A stretch of DNA of 64,000 nucleotides from Alphaproteobacteria bacterium (GTDB taxonomy: Bacteria; Pseudomonadota; Alphaproteobacteria; Rs-D84). Location: NCBI GenBank assembly GCA_017505705.1, contig JAFVOS010000007.1, positions 37,967 to 101,966 on the forward strand, written 5' to 3'. Positions 17,811 through 27,789 of this stretch are shown one piece after another; positions within the stretch are counted from its first letter, which is position 1; each line of letters starts with the position of its first letter. The position numbers and the translations under genes are program-made. The notes below the pieces were generated by a model. That model did not search any database and was not told the DNA's origin. It was given only the letters and a program-made list of their open reading frames with translations.

Positions 17811-18671
17811 TTATTGATACATACAGCTGCCTGCAAAGTCATACATATGACCATTTTCAGTATAACCGATAAAGATCATAGAAGTTCCTATTTGTTGACC
17901 GGTTGTAATTGCTGCGGCATAACATTTTGTAATTGAATTCGCCCCAGTTGCTGTCAGTATTCCAAATACACAAGTTGAAAATAGACTCGTGTTGCCAGCA
18001 ACATTCGCCATACACGGCAGGCCTGGACACGGAGCACATGTTGATAGCCCCGTAGTTGATGCGTATCGTCCGGCGGGACAGGCCGTACAGGTTGATAGCC
18101 CCGTAGTTGATGCGTATCGTCCGGCGGGACAGGTCGTACAGGTTGATAGCCCCGTAGTTGATGCGTATCGTCCGGCGGGACAGACCGTACAGGTTGCCAC
18201 TGTTCCACCAGCCGAATACCGTCCAGCCGGACAGTTATAACATGCACTGCCACTCAAATACTTACCCGCTGCACAGGATGTTATTGTTGGCGTGTTACCT
18301 GTTACAGAAAACAAACACGCTACTGGTGAAAATAGTGCATAATTGCTACAATAAACCAAAAGATTTACGCTACCAGTTCTTGCAAGGGTCAACATGGACG
18401 CTTCTGTTGCGGAAAAACAATAACAAGCGCTTTGAATAAAGGAAACAGCACCACAGCTTACATTGGGCCAAGTTAACATTGATGTACCAGATACTACGTT
18501 TGGTGCATTTACAGCAGCGCAAATGCTTGCACACACAGTATACATAGATTGATCAGATAGCCCAATGGCATAGGCACCATACGATATTTTTGTGCCCATA
18601 CATACATTAGATATCAGTACTAATGCAAACATTAATAACCGCTTAAATGGACTTAATTTTATGTTTTTCAT
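17811..18671 (-). CDS. secreted Cys-rich surface protein with GCC2/GCC3-like repeats (paralog of 16892-17773)
   Basis: signal peptide MKNIKLSPFKRLLMFALVLIS; CPAGRYASTTGLSTC repeats. Confidence 0.8.
   Translation of the reverse strand: MKNIKLSPFKRLLMFALVLISNVCMGTKISYGAYAIGLSDQSMYTVCASICAAVNAPNVVSGTSMLTWPNVSCGAVSFIQSACYCFSATEASMLTLARTGSVNLLVYCSNYALFSPVACLFSVTGNTPTITSCAAGKYLSGSACYNCPAGRYSAGGTVATCTVCPAGRYASTTGLSTCTTCPAGRYASTTGLSTCTACPAGRYASTTGLSTCAPCPGLPCMANVAGNTSLFSTCVFGILTATGANSITKCYAAAITTGQQIGTSMIFIGYTENGHMYDFAGSCMYQ
18040..18192. repeat. intragenic tandem repeat, 3 x 51 bp (17 aa)
   Basis: units at 18040-18090, 18091-18141 and 18142-18192 are identical except within one codon (GCC/ACC/GTC on the coding strand). 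Confidence 0.95.
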
Positions 18672-18688
18672 TTCTCTTTCCCCTATGC

Positions 18689-18787
18689 AAAACGGTGGTT
18701 TAGATTCGGCGGTTTTTGATGCTTGACAGTGCTAGAAATCCTGTGTTAAAATCATGGCAAGTGGTACAGAATCTAAACCACCGTTTT
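18689..18787. promoter_or_regulatory. candidate invertible promoter: 19-bp inverted repeats flanking a sigma70 promoter
   Basis: aaaacggtggtttagattc (18689-18707) / gaatctaaaccaccgtttt (18769-18787); inside: TTGACA (18723-28), 18-bp spacer, TGnTAAAAT (-10 at 18747-52) on + strand, pointing away from the gene starting at 18671. Confidence 0.8.
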
Positions 18788-18883
18788 TTTTAGGCAGCTA
18801 AAATTGCAAATTTATTTACTGTTTTCAATATAGTATTTCGTAAATATAGATTTTTATGATTTAAAAAATATTTGTGTCGGTGA

Positions 18884-21265
18884 TTATTTTATAATATTGA
18901 ATTTATGTGATGTGCCGGTGCCAGTATCGGTGGAAATGCGAATGGTGTGGGTGCCAATTGATACAGGCTGGACGTGGGTTTCGCCCGGTTTTGTTCGGGC
19001 TATCATTTTATCATCCAGAAACCAAAAAATTTTATCGTCTGGGTTCTGAGTAATGGCCATAAATGATATTTGTGCCTGGTTGGCGTCTGATACGATTACG
19101 TGATTTGTGCCGTCTGATGGTGATATTATCAGGGGTGCCGATGTGTTCGCAGAAATGTCATCTAATTCACAGCCCGGCATAAATGGGGGTGGGGTGTTGC
19201 GTTCAATTCCCGCACGTTTGAACATGTCCAGATATTCTGCATCCCAAAATTCATAAACCACCATGTGGGTGTTTTTAGGATCGGCGTTGCATGCACGACG
19301 CCCAGTGGCATTATCAATGGGAACTGCACGATAAACCGGTGATGTGTTAATTGGTGATACGCCCGGGATAAAATACGCAGATACAGATTTTGGACAATGG
19401 GGGCCTGCGATGCCACCAACATCGGCACACATTTCAACGGTTGCAATATTTAAATCATCATGCATAAAATTGTTGTCTTTTGTTGGTATGTCGTGCTGTC
19501 TGTTGTATTCCAGTATGCTGTCAGCCAGGCTGAAATATATTGGGGCGGCTGTTTTTGCGCCGCTGAATGCATTGTTCGGTGCGCCGTCAAAATTACCAAC
19601 CCATACAATTAATACATAGTCGCCAAATATGCCAGCTGTCCATGCGTCACGATATGACGATGATGTGCCCGTTTTCCAATAGTGGGTTATACGCTGTGGT
19701 GTGTGTTTGGCATATGGAATCTTTTTGTCGGGGGAATATTGACGGGCCAGCATATCCAATGTCATAAAGAATGATTCTGGTGATAAGATGTGACCTGTTA
19801 TTTCATCGGGGGCAGATGTGCGCATTTTTATGCTGCGACGTGTGCCCAGATTCGCCATCGTGGCATAAATGTCAGCCAGTTCGTACATGGAAACTTCGGC
19901 ACCACCCAGTGCAATAGATATGCCGTAATGTGATGGTGGTTTCAGGTTGCTGACCCCGGAATCTGACAGTGTTTTATAGAATTTGTTCAGACCAATCTGA
20001 CGAACCAGATTAATCGCAGGAATGTTTCTGGAATGGGTCAGGGCATCACGTGCCAATACGGGACCATAAAATTCACTGTCTGAATTTTCAGGGGCGTATA
20101 CACCAAAATTTATTCGTGCATCTTTTAGCAGCGTCATCGAATGTATGTGGCCGTCTGCAATTGCAGATGCGTATATCAGGGGTTTAAGGGTGGAACCTGG
20201 ACTGCGTCGGGCGATGACGCCGTCATTTTGCCCCAGGATGGATTCATCAAAATAATTTACAGATCCAATATATGATAAAACCTGCATGGTTTTGTAATTT
20301 ATCAGTATTGCAGAGGCATTCTTAACCCCCATGTGTTTGCGGATGGAAACCTGGTGGCGAAGCGTGCGTTCCAGATGATTGTGTAAATCCAAATCCAGCG
20401 TAGTGGTAATTATCGAATCGGGTTGTTGCGGGACAGATTTGTCGTGTGTAATCTGGCGGTCTGTGAAATGGGGGGCGTGAAACGGTAAATCACTGAAACC
20501 GTATACAGACAGGGGCATTTGAACCATTGTGGATAAATTTGAGTCGTCTGGATATTTAGATAGCCAACGGCGTACCAAATCGTTTCGCATTTTTGCCATG
20601 GTGGTCATGCCATGTGACGTGTTCAGACCACGTTTGGTGGGATTCTGGGGAATTGTTGCCAGGGTTATTGACTGAATTGTTGATAAATCTTGTGCAGGAC
20701 GATGAAAATAAATTGTTGATGCGGCACCGATGCCTTCTATATTGCCACCATATGGGGCTAAATTTAGGTATGCTTCGATAATTTCTTGCTTGGAATAAAA
20801 AGCGTCAATATAAATTGCTGCGGCAATCTGTTCCAGTTTTCCGGGGATTGTTTTGGTGTTTATGTTGTATTTTATACGTGCTAACTGCATCGTTATGGTC
20901 GATGCGCCGGCGGTGTCTGTATTGCCGGATATATAGTTGCGTGTGGCACGAAACAGGGCAACGGGATTGATGCCTGGGTGTGCGTAAAAATATTTATCTT
21001 CGTATAAAATAGTTGCGCGAATGATGTCTGGTGGAATTTGATTATATGGCGTGAATATTCGATATTTTTCATCAGCAGATAATGTCAGGCGCAATAATTG
21101 GCCATTTCTGTCGTAATAGGCACGTGAAAAATATGTGTCTGATAATAAATGTGGGGTAAAAAATAGGCGAATGAATATGTATACAATAACTATTGCCAAG
21201 CAAAAAAGCCAAAATCGTGGAAGACGTTTTAATGTTTGTTTTAAATTTTTGGGATTTTTATTCAT
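18884..21265 (-). CDS. pbpC: penicillin-binding protein 1C
   Basis: transglycosylase (EDKYF, GASTITMQLAR), SPGSTLKP, KTGTS; directly downstream of alpha-2-macroglobulin. Confidence 0.92.
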   Translation of the reverse strand: MNKNPKNLKQTLKRLPRFWLFCLAIVIVYIFIRLFFTPHLLSDTYFSRAYYDRNGQLLRLTLSADEKYRIFTPYNQIPPDIIRATILYEDKYFYAHPGINPVALFRATRNYISGNTDTAGASTITMQLARIKYNINTKTIPGKLEQIAAAIYIDAFYSKQEIIEAYLNLAPYGGNIEGIGAASTIYFHRPAQDLSTIQSITLATIPQNPTKRGLNTSHGMTTMAKMRNDLVRRWLSKYPDDSNLSTMVQMPLSVYGFSDLPFHAPHFTDRQITHDKSVPQQPDSIITTTLDLDLHNHLERTLRHQVSIRKHMGVKNASAILINYKTMQVLSYIGSVNYFDESILGQNDGVIARRSPGSTLKPLIYASAIADGHIHSMTLLKDARINFGVYAPENSDSEFYGPVLARDALTHSRNIPAINLVRQIGLNKFYKTLSDSGVSNLKPPSHYGISIALGGAEVSMYELADIYATMANLGTRRSIKMRTSAPDEITGHILSPESFFMTLDMLARQYSPDKKIPYAKHTPQRITHYWKTGTSSSYRDAWTAGIFGDYVLIVWVGNFDGAPNNAFSGAKTAAPIYFSLADSILEYNRQHDIPTKDNNFMHDDLNIATVEMCADVGGIAGPHCPKSVSAYFIPGVSPINTSPVYRAVPIDNATGRRACNADPKNTHMVVYEFWDAEYLDMFKRAGIERNTPPPFMPGCELDDISANTSAPLIISPSDGTNHVIVSDANQAQISFMAITQNPDDKIFWFLDDKMIARTKPGETHVQPVSIGTHTIRISTDTGTGTSHKFNIIK

Positions 21266-24200
21266 TAACTTGACTTAATACACTGAATGTTTTGGATGTT
21301 GGTGTTTTCGTTGCGGTTATGTCTGGATTATACATAGATGTTGCATTGATTGCAGGTATGGCAAAGGTGCCTGCGGCAGTTATCTGGGCGGTGTATGTAA
21401 ATTCGGATGTGTCACGTGTTAAATCTGTGTAAATTATTACACGATCTTCACGTATTTCAGAAAATGTTTGCGGGCCAATAACGTCTTCGGCAACAAAGCC
21501 ACCGGGCAACAAATCAGTAATGGCAATGTCAGGCAGATAGTTTGTGCCACGTGCGCGGGCACTGATTTTTACAGTCACAATGTCGCCCAGTTTGGCGGAT
21601 GCAATTCTGTTGCCGTTTTCATCATAATATGTGCGAGAAATTTCAATGCCATTGGATTCGTCTGATGCGGTGGTGGCAAATCCTTGGGTGACCAGGGCGT
21701 AATATAGTGGGGTGTCGTGTGTACAAGACAAGCATTCTAAATCCAATGTTTCGGCAGGTGTTGGTACCTGGGCAATTAGGATGTTGGATTCATTATGGGT
21801 ATCCAATGGGGCGTCGTTGTATAATATTTTTACAGATGATGGAGCAGAATTGCCTGTTGCCGCCCCATTTAACCCCATTACAATTTTTGCAGATGTAAAG
21901 GCATCGTAATTTCCACGATTGATATAACCAGTGATGGCATTGCCAGTATAGGTGATTGGGGTGTTAAACAATGTGTTTAATATGTACAGATATGTCGCAT
22001 CGTCGGATACATTGTTTGAATATGCAGACATATATTTAAAGCTACTGTGTTTTGACAGTTTATATTGCTGGATTAATTCTTGGGCCCGGTCAGATTGGCG
22101 CATAATTTGGAAACTGGCCCCGATATATACCCCAGAAATTTCTGATTCCCAGTGGCTGATGTTTTTATCAGCGTATTCTTGGAATTTGTCGATATAACTG
22201 GTTGTGACATATCCGTTTGTGGTCAGTACATATATCGCATATGCAATTGCGTGTGCGTGTTCAGGGGTAGTAATTGTCGTGCCTGCAAATTCACGCAGAA
22301 AATCAATGGCGCGTCCCAACATTGTGTCTGGTACGCTGAAACCGTTTTGACGGGCCATGGATAAAAAGTGAACGACATATGCAGTCAATTCAGCGTTGCC
22401 TTTGTCGGTTGAATGGGTGGTACTGGTTGGCCACAGGGCAAATGAACCGTCTGGGTTTTGGCGGTTCTTTAATGTGTTTATTGTGTCGCCAATTTTCTTG
22501 GACGATACGTTATAGTTTGTGCCCAAAATTGTGTTGTCTGGCAACAGGACATATGGAATTGCCTTGGAAACCAGTTGTTCTGTACACGTAAAATCATATT
22601 TTGACAGATATTCAAACAGGGGCTTGATTAATATTGCAGGCGTTTGAGATATGTACAGGGTTTGGGTTGCGTGTTCTGGATACATATCAATATGAAAGCG
22701 TTTAATCGTTTCGTGCTTTTTATTTATGATGTCTGTTTTTATGTGGGTTTCAAATGGGGTCGCTGGACGCACTGATATTGATGATGTCATTGAACGATTA
22801 ATCAGGGCCAAACCGTTATCATTAACAGCACTGGCATTAATCGTTATTTCTGATGCACCAGGTGTGTTTTCTGTTTGAGCGTGGAATATGAACAGGTGAT
22901 CATCTCCATTTTGAATATGATTTTCCATTTGTGCACCAGATGTTATTTTTATGTTATCTGATGTGACAATGTCTGTTTGAATGTTGATGCCATCACTGAT
23001 GTCTGTAAGATTCGCAATCAGTGCATTTATCTCAAATGTGTCCCCGGGGGCAACAAATGTTGGATTGGATACAGATATAACCAGTGGACTTTGTACAGTG
23101 GTTTCAATTTCAGATGCGCCAGCTGCAACGTCATTTGTTATAATTGCATAGATTCTTAATGTGCCATTAAAGTTATCTGGTACGTCAAATGTTATATTGT
23201 TTTTTGTGTTGGCTGTGACATCAATAATACCTGAGTAAAACGCCACAGGTGATAATATGCGACGTGCAAATGGATTCGATAATGGAGACGATAATTCTGT
23301 GTCGGGTGCATCGAAATCACCACCACCTGTTTTGGCAAATTCGCGCAGTATTTTATATTCTGGCAACAGTAATGATAATATCTGAAATGTTTCAACCTGA
23401 AGCGCAGATTTTGCAAAGAAATATTTTAAAGGATTGGGCGTTTTAAAGCGTGCAACCTGTAAAATTCCTTCGTCTATGGCGAACAGCATCATGCGACCAG
23501 ATTGGCTGGATTCGTATTCAATGTTTAATTTGTTGTCACGAATGATTTTTGGTGCATTCAGTGTGACGTCAATCGTTCTGGATTTTATATCAGTGCTGAA
23601 TGGGGCAACAGCGTATGTGTATGGTGATGTGAATATGTCACGTGAATCTATGCTGCGAATAAATGATACGTTTATATATCCAGTGCCTTCAAAATCAGCG
23701 GGCAGTTTGATTTTTTGGACAGAAGATGTTTGGTCTGCCTTAAACCATTTATATGCGTATACATTATCCCTTTCGATTGTAATCAGACCATGACCGGGGT
23801 ATGGGGTGGTTATATTTATCTGTATTTCATCCCCAGGAGTGTATGTTTCTGAATTTAGGGTTATTTCCATTTCGGAACTTTGTATGGTATTCAGTTCTGG
23901 GTTATCATCGCCGGCAACAAAGTATTCGATGTTTGAGATAACCTTGTCAGCGGCATCCAGTATTTGAACAAAGTATGTGCCAGGTTTTTCTGTTATCAAT
24001 GGAATAGATGCACCAGTCGTTGCAAGTGTGATTTTTTCTTGGGATACGACAGTGTCACGATTTGTTGTTTGATATTTATAAAAATTATTATAGTCCTTGA
24101 TAAGGCTGGTCAATTTATCACGATGCACAAAACGTACGGTCAAATCATTTACTGCAATTGGTGCGGATGTGTGATCCAGTGCAATAAAATCAATTTCATG

Positions 24201-26996
24201 CCCACTGTTGCGATTAATGTATTTTAAGTTAGTGTTTGTGTGGTGGCCAATCAAATATTTAGCATTTGAACAACGTGAAGTTATGGTTGTTTGTACGGAT
24301 TTGCCTGAATTTGGCTCAAATCCATTAATTGTTGCGGTTAATAGGTATGTTCCGTTTGGAATAGGGGTGTCAAATCTTATGTCTGCGTGGACAAAGCCAT
24401 TGCTGTCGGTATATATGTTGTCGATTGTTTTGACATATGTTTGGTTGTTGATTGGACTGCTGGATGACATGGGGGTGTCGTTGGTCGCATCAATTACAAA
24501 GTTGTATTGTGAAAGATTGTCAAATTTGAATTCTAATGGACGCAATGTTGCACGAATGCTGACCCGGCGATTGGATGCAGGGGTGCCAAATAAATTGCGC
24601 AAATCAATGTCGGTGCTGATTGTATTTGGGAAAATCCATCCTTGGCTGATTGCGCCGTTAATTACAGCGTTTATTTTCATTGTGTCTGGTGAAAATTCAG
24701 CAACGCTAAATGTGGTGGTGCCAAGCAAATCTTGGGGGGTGGCACGAACGTTCAAAGAATAAACGTTGACACTGTATTCGCCAATGGCGGCAGATGCAGA
24801 AATTGGAACCTGGATATCAAACATGCCGTCTGAGTGAAGCGATATGTTCTTTTCAAATATTATGCGCCCCCTGGGGTCTGTGACGCTGACTTTTACGGGG
24901 ACCCCTTCGGGTGATTTAAATGATTTGTTTTTTACAATTGCACCAATAATTGCCGTTTCCCCTGGGCGATATATGCCACGATCTGAAAATAAAAATGCTT
25001 TTAATGGAACGTCGGTATATGAATATTGGCCACCGGTATCAAATTTAGAGTATTGGACATGTTGAGAATGGGCTGCATCATATGGAATAAATGATACATC
25101 ATCATTTAATCTGGCGACAATTGCCACAGGTGCGCGCGCGTTTTTGTATTCGTTCCATGGCAGGGCAGGTATGTCTGCACGACCATTGGTATCAGTGCGA
25201 CCAGACCATATGGGGTTGCCATTGCGTCCCAAAACATTTATTTGGGCATCTGGTACAGGACCACCATTGGAAAGCTTGGACACAAACAGGGCAGATGTGC
25301 CATCTGTGTTCAGCTTTCTAATTATTCCCAGGTCTGTCACCACGACAAGACGTTTGTCGTTGAATTCAGCGTCATTTTCTGATGTGCCGGCCTGGATAAT
25401 AAAAATACCCGTTTTATCATTGGAAACACGATCCATATAGTCGCCCAAATCAAGTGAAGCATAATTTGTTTCAATTGCGTTTGATACATTCAGTGGAATC
25501 CGCTTTTCAAATACGACAGACATGTCATATGTTCCAAAAGACCATGACTTAAATTCTATGTCAGAAGCAAATACATTATATGTTTGTGATATTAAATGAT
25601 TTATTTCAGATGATTTGATTTTGTATAATTTTATATATGCATCGTGTACACCACCACGTGTCATAATCCCCAGCTTCTTTTCACCAGACATCGATAATAA
25701 TGCCCCAGAACCTGCGATTTTAACCGATTGTTCTGGATAGGAAACAGGAACAACGGTATTCAAACCGTTTTTCATTGTAAAGTCACCAACTGATTTTGCG
25801 CCCGGTGTTATGTCAATGTACAAATATCTGGGACTGGGATTAGGAATGTTGTATGCAAATGCATATTGGTTAACGCCCACTGGGGTGACAAAGTCAGATA
25901 GAGATAGCTTTATTTTTTTTGAATTCAGTAATACTTCTGGGGTTATTTCGTCGCTTTGCCATATATGGTTGTTGTCCGATGTAGAGTTGTCTTTGTATTG
26001 TGGCAACAGGTATGCGTTAATATGTTGTTTCCAGTCTGTTTTGCCAGCGGCTGGTGCGCTGGTTTGTATCAGTATTAATTGACGTGCATTGTTTTCGGAA
26101 TCGTCTGCGACAATCGATTCCAGTGAAGTAATGCGGAAAAAATTATCCTGGGCATTGATTATTGTACTGCCAGTTATTTTTTCTGTGTCAGAATGACCGT
26201 ACATTGCAGATACACGATTAAGTTTTAGACGCAGATCCTGTTCTTGGTCAATGACAGAAATTGGTTCAGATATAACAAAGGCAGTTCTATGAAAACGGTC
26301 AAATTTAATGTCGAATTTTATTTTTTTACCATCCAGACGCATTGATACCTTGTCTGCAAAATGTTCTGTGTTTATGGGGTAATTAAAAGATAAAATCGCA
26401 ACGCCAATCAGTTTTTTGGGATTGTCGGGTGATGGGTATGTGTTAAAGGAATCCAGCGTGGCAGCAATTTTCTTGGTTGAAAATGTCGCAGAATAACGGT
26501 CTGGGTGAACGTCCTTTGAAAACAGACGTTTGGATATCCTGACTGTGTATTTTGTGTCGGCAGGCCATGGCGCATCCGGGGTAAATGTGATTGTATATGG
26601 GTTTTTGATTGAGAATTTACCATGAACCAATGGGCTTATTTTTACATATTTTGCCAGGTCTGAATCATCAAGGTTTATATTAAATGCAGGATTGTATGGG
26701 CCAGACAGCCAATTGTATGAAATTTCAATGTGTTGTGCATTGGTCAGTGTTCTGTTGTTATTAATATCTGGTGTTGATGCAGATGATATAAATACCTGAT
26801 TATTATTGTCGGTAAATGTTATCGGTGACGGCTGGCTTATGTGCAGGCGCAGTTCCGTTTTTTCTGATTGATTAAGGCCAAGTGACAGAAACAGTGCACC
26901 AGCAACAATTCCAATAACAAAAATTATCGCCAAACAGGGCCATAAATATCGGCGAAATACAGACTTTTTATGTGCTGTTTTTTTTGTGCGTGTCAT
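21258..26996 (-). CDS. bacterial alpha-2-macroglobulin
   Basis: FSDRGIYRPGE, AIDEGILQV, thioester motif CTEQ, DLLPGGF, REDRV; paired with pbpC. Confidence 0.92.
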   Translation of the reverse strand: MTRTKKTAHKKSVFRRYLWPCLAIIFVIGIVAGALFLSLGLNQSEKTELRLHISQPSPITFTDNNNQVFISSASTPDINNNRTLTNAQHIEISYNWLSGPYNPAFNINLDDSDLAKYVKISPLVHGKFSIKNPYTITFTPDAPWPADTKYTVRISKRLFSKDVHPDRYSATFSTKKIAATLDSFNTYPSPDNPKKLIGVAILSFNYPINTEHFADKVSMRLDGKKIKFDIKFDRFHRTAFVISEPISVIDQEQDLRLKLNRVSAMYGHSDTEKITGSTIINAQDNFFRITSLESIVADDSENNARQLILIQTSAPAAGKTDWKQHINAYLLPQYKDNSTSDNNHIWQSDEITPEVLLNSKKIKLSLSDFVTPVGVNQYAFAYNIPNPSPRYLYIDITPGAKSVGDFTMKNGLNTVVPVSYPEQSVKIAGSGALLSMSGEKKLGIMTRGGVHDAYIKLYKIKSSEINHLISQTYNVFASDIEFKSWSFGTYDMSVVFEKRIPLNVSNAIETNYASLDLGDYMDRVSNDKTGIFIIQAGTSENDAEFNDKRLVVVTDLGIIRKLNTDGTSALFVSKLSNGGPVPDAQINVLGRNGNPIWSGRTDTNGRADIPALPWNEYKNARAPVAIVARLNDDVSFIPYDAAHSQHVQYSKFDTGGQYSYTDVPLKAFLFSDRGIYRPGETAIIGAIVKNKSFKSPEGVPVKVSVTDPRGRIIFEKNISLHSDGMFDIQVPISASAAIGEYSVNVYSLNVRATPQDLLGTTTFSVAEFSPDTMKINAVINGAISQGWIFPNTISTDIDLRNLFGTPASNRRVSIRATLRPLEFKFDNLSQYNFVIDATNDTPMSSSSPINNQTYVKTIDNIYTDSNGFVHADIRFDTPIPNGTYLLTATINGFEPNSGKSVQTTITSRCSNAKYLIGHHTNTNLKYINRNSGHEIDFIALDHTSAPIAVNDLTVRFVHRDKLTSLIKDYNNFYKYQTTNRDTVVSQEKITLATTGASIPLITEKPGTYFVQILDAADKVISNIEYFVAGDDNPELNTIQSSEMEITLNSETYTPGDEIQINITTPYPGHGLITIERDNVYAYKWFKADQTSSVQKIKLPADFEGTGYINVSFIRSIDSRDIFTSPYTYAVAPFSTDIKSRTIDVTLNAPKIIRDNKLNIEYESSQSGRMMLFAIDEGILQVARFKTPNPLKYFFAKSALQVETFQILSLLLPEYKILREFAKTGGGDFDAPDTELSSPLSNPFARRILSPVAFYSGIIDVTANTKNNITFDVPDNFNGTLRIYAIITNDVAAGASEIETTVQSPLVISVSNPTFVAPGDTFEINALIANLTDISDGINIQTDIVTSDNIKITSGAQMENHIQNGDDHLFIFHAQTENTPGASEITINASAVNDNGLALINRSMTSSISVRPATPFETHIKTDIINKKHETIKRFHIDMYPEHATQTLYISQTPAILIKPLFEYLSKYDFTCTEQLVSKAIPYVLLPDNTILGTNYNVSSKKIGDTINTLKNRQNPDGSFALWPTSTTHSTDKGNAELTAYVVHFLSMARQNGFSVPDTMLGRAIDFLREFAGTTITTPEHAHAIAYAIYVLTTNGYVTTSYIDKFQEYADKNISHWESEISGVYIGASFQIMRQSDRAQELIQQYKLSKHSSFKYMSAYSNNVSDDATYLYILNTLFNTPITYTGNAITGYINRGNYDAFTSAKIVMGLNGAATGNSAPSSVKILYNDAPLDTHNESNILIAQVPTPAETLDLECLSCTHDTPLYYALVTQGFATTASDESNGIEISRTYYDENGNRIASAKLGDIVTVKISARARGTNYLPDIAITDLLPGGFVAEDVIGPQTFSEIREDRVIIYTDLTRDTSEFTYTAQITAAGTFAIPAINATSMYNPDITATKTPTSKTFSVLSQVNE

Positions 26997-27165
26997 TGAT
27001 TCCCTTCCTGGCATACAAGTATTTATTTTAAATGCATATTTTCAAAAGACAAGTTTTTTATTTTATTTGTGGCATATACATATTTGAATGCGTGGATTTT
27101 AGAATATTGGCCATAAACCGGGGGTTGAGAGAGTTTTTACTGTCACAACCCAAAAGGAGTATATT

Positions 27166-27789
27166 GTGGTATATGGCTATATTCGTGTTTCTACGGATCA
27201 TCAAACAACAGAAAACCAGCGTTTCGAAATAAAGAAATTCTGCGAAAAACAAGATTTGTCCGTTGACGTATGGATAGAAGAAACGATTTCTGCAACCAAA
27301 GATTTAAATAAGCGAAAATTAGGGCGTCTGATAAAAAGAATACAAAAAGACGATCTGATTATTGCGTCCGAATTGTCACGACTGGGGCGTAATTTGCTGC
27401 AAATCATGAGTATTTTGCACCATTGTATGGATATTGGGGCAAAAATTTGGACGATTAAGGATAACTATCGTTTGGGGGCAGATATTACCAGTAAAGTATT
27501 GGCGTTTGCATTTGGTTTGTCTGCGGAAATTGAAAGAAATTTGATATCCCAACGAACAAAAGAAGCACTGGCCCGCGTCAAAGCCGAAGGCAAGATGATT
27601 GGGCGACCAAAAGGCAGTGCTAATTTGTCTAAACTGGAAGGACGTGAAAAATATATTCTGCAACGTTTGACGGATGGGCGCAGCAAAAGTGAAATCGCAC
27701 GACGGCTGCATGTGCATCGTGATACGCTGAACAGTTTTATTACGCACAAGGGTATTATGTCTGATGGAATCGAGGTAATTGAAATTTAA
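27166..27789 (+). CDS. serine recombinase, Mpi-family master DNA invertase-like
   Basis: YGYIRVST catalytic Ser, ENQRFEI, ELSRLGRN, WTIKDNYRLG, SKVLAFAFGLSAEIERNLISQRTKEAL (recognised as Bacteroides Mpi-like from memory), C-terminal HTH; RBS AAGGAG. Confidence 0.85.
   Translation: MVYGYIRVSTDHQTTENQRFEIKKFCEKQDLSVDVWIEETISATKDLNKRKLGRLIKRIQKDDLIIASELSRLGRNLLQIMSILHHCMDIGAKIWTIKDNYRLGADITSKVLAFAFGLSAEIERNLISQRTKEALARVKAEGKMIGRPKGSANLSKLEGREKYILQRLTDGRSKSEIARRLHVHRDTLNSFITHKGIMSDGIEVIEI

Noticed and set aside
17739-17830. A third 85-bp invertible switch at the start of the 16892-17773 gene
   Set aside because: No partner site with a complementary central dinucleotide 85 bp away (17825-17826 is AG); kept only as a direct-repeat observation.
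18040-18196. Regular repeats as a CRISPR array or DGR template/variable pair
   Set aside because: Units are contiguous, in-frame and lack unique spacers; no cas or reverse transcriptase gene is in the window.
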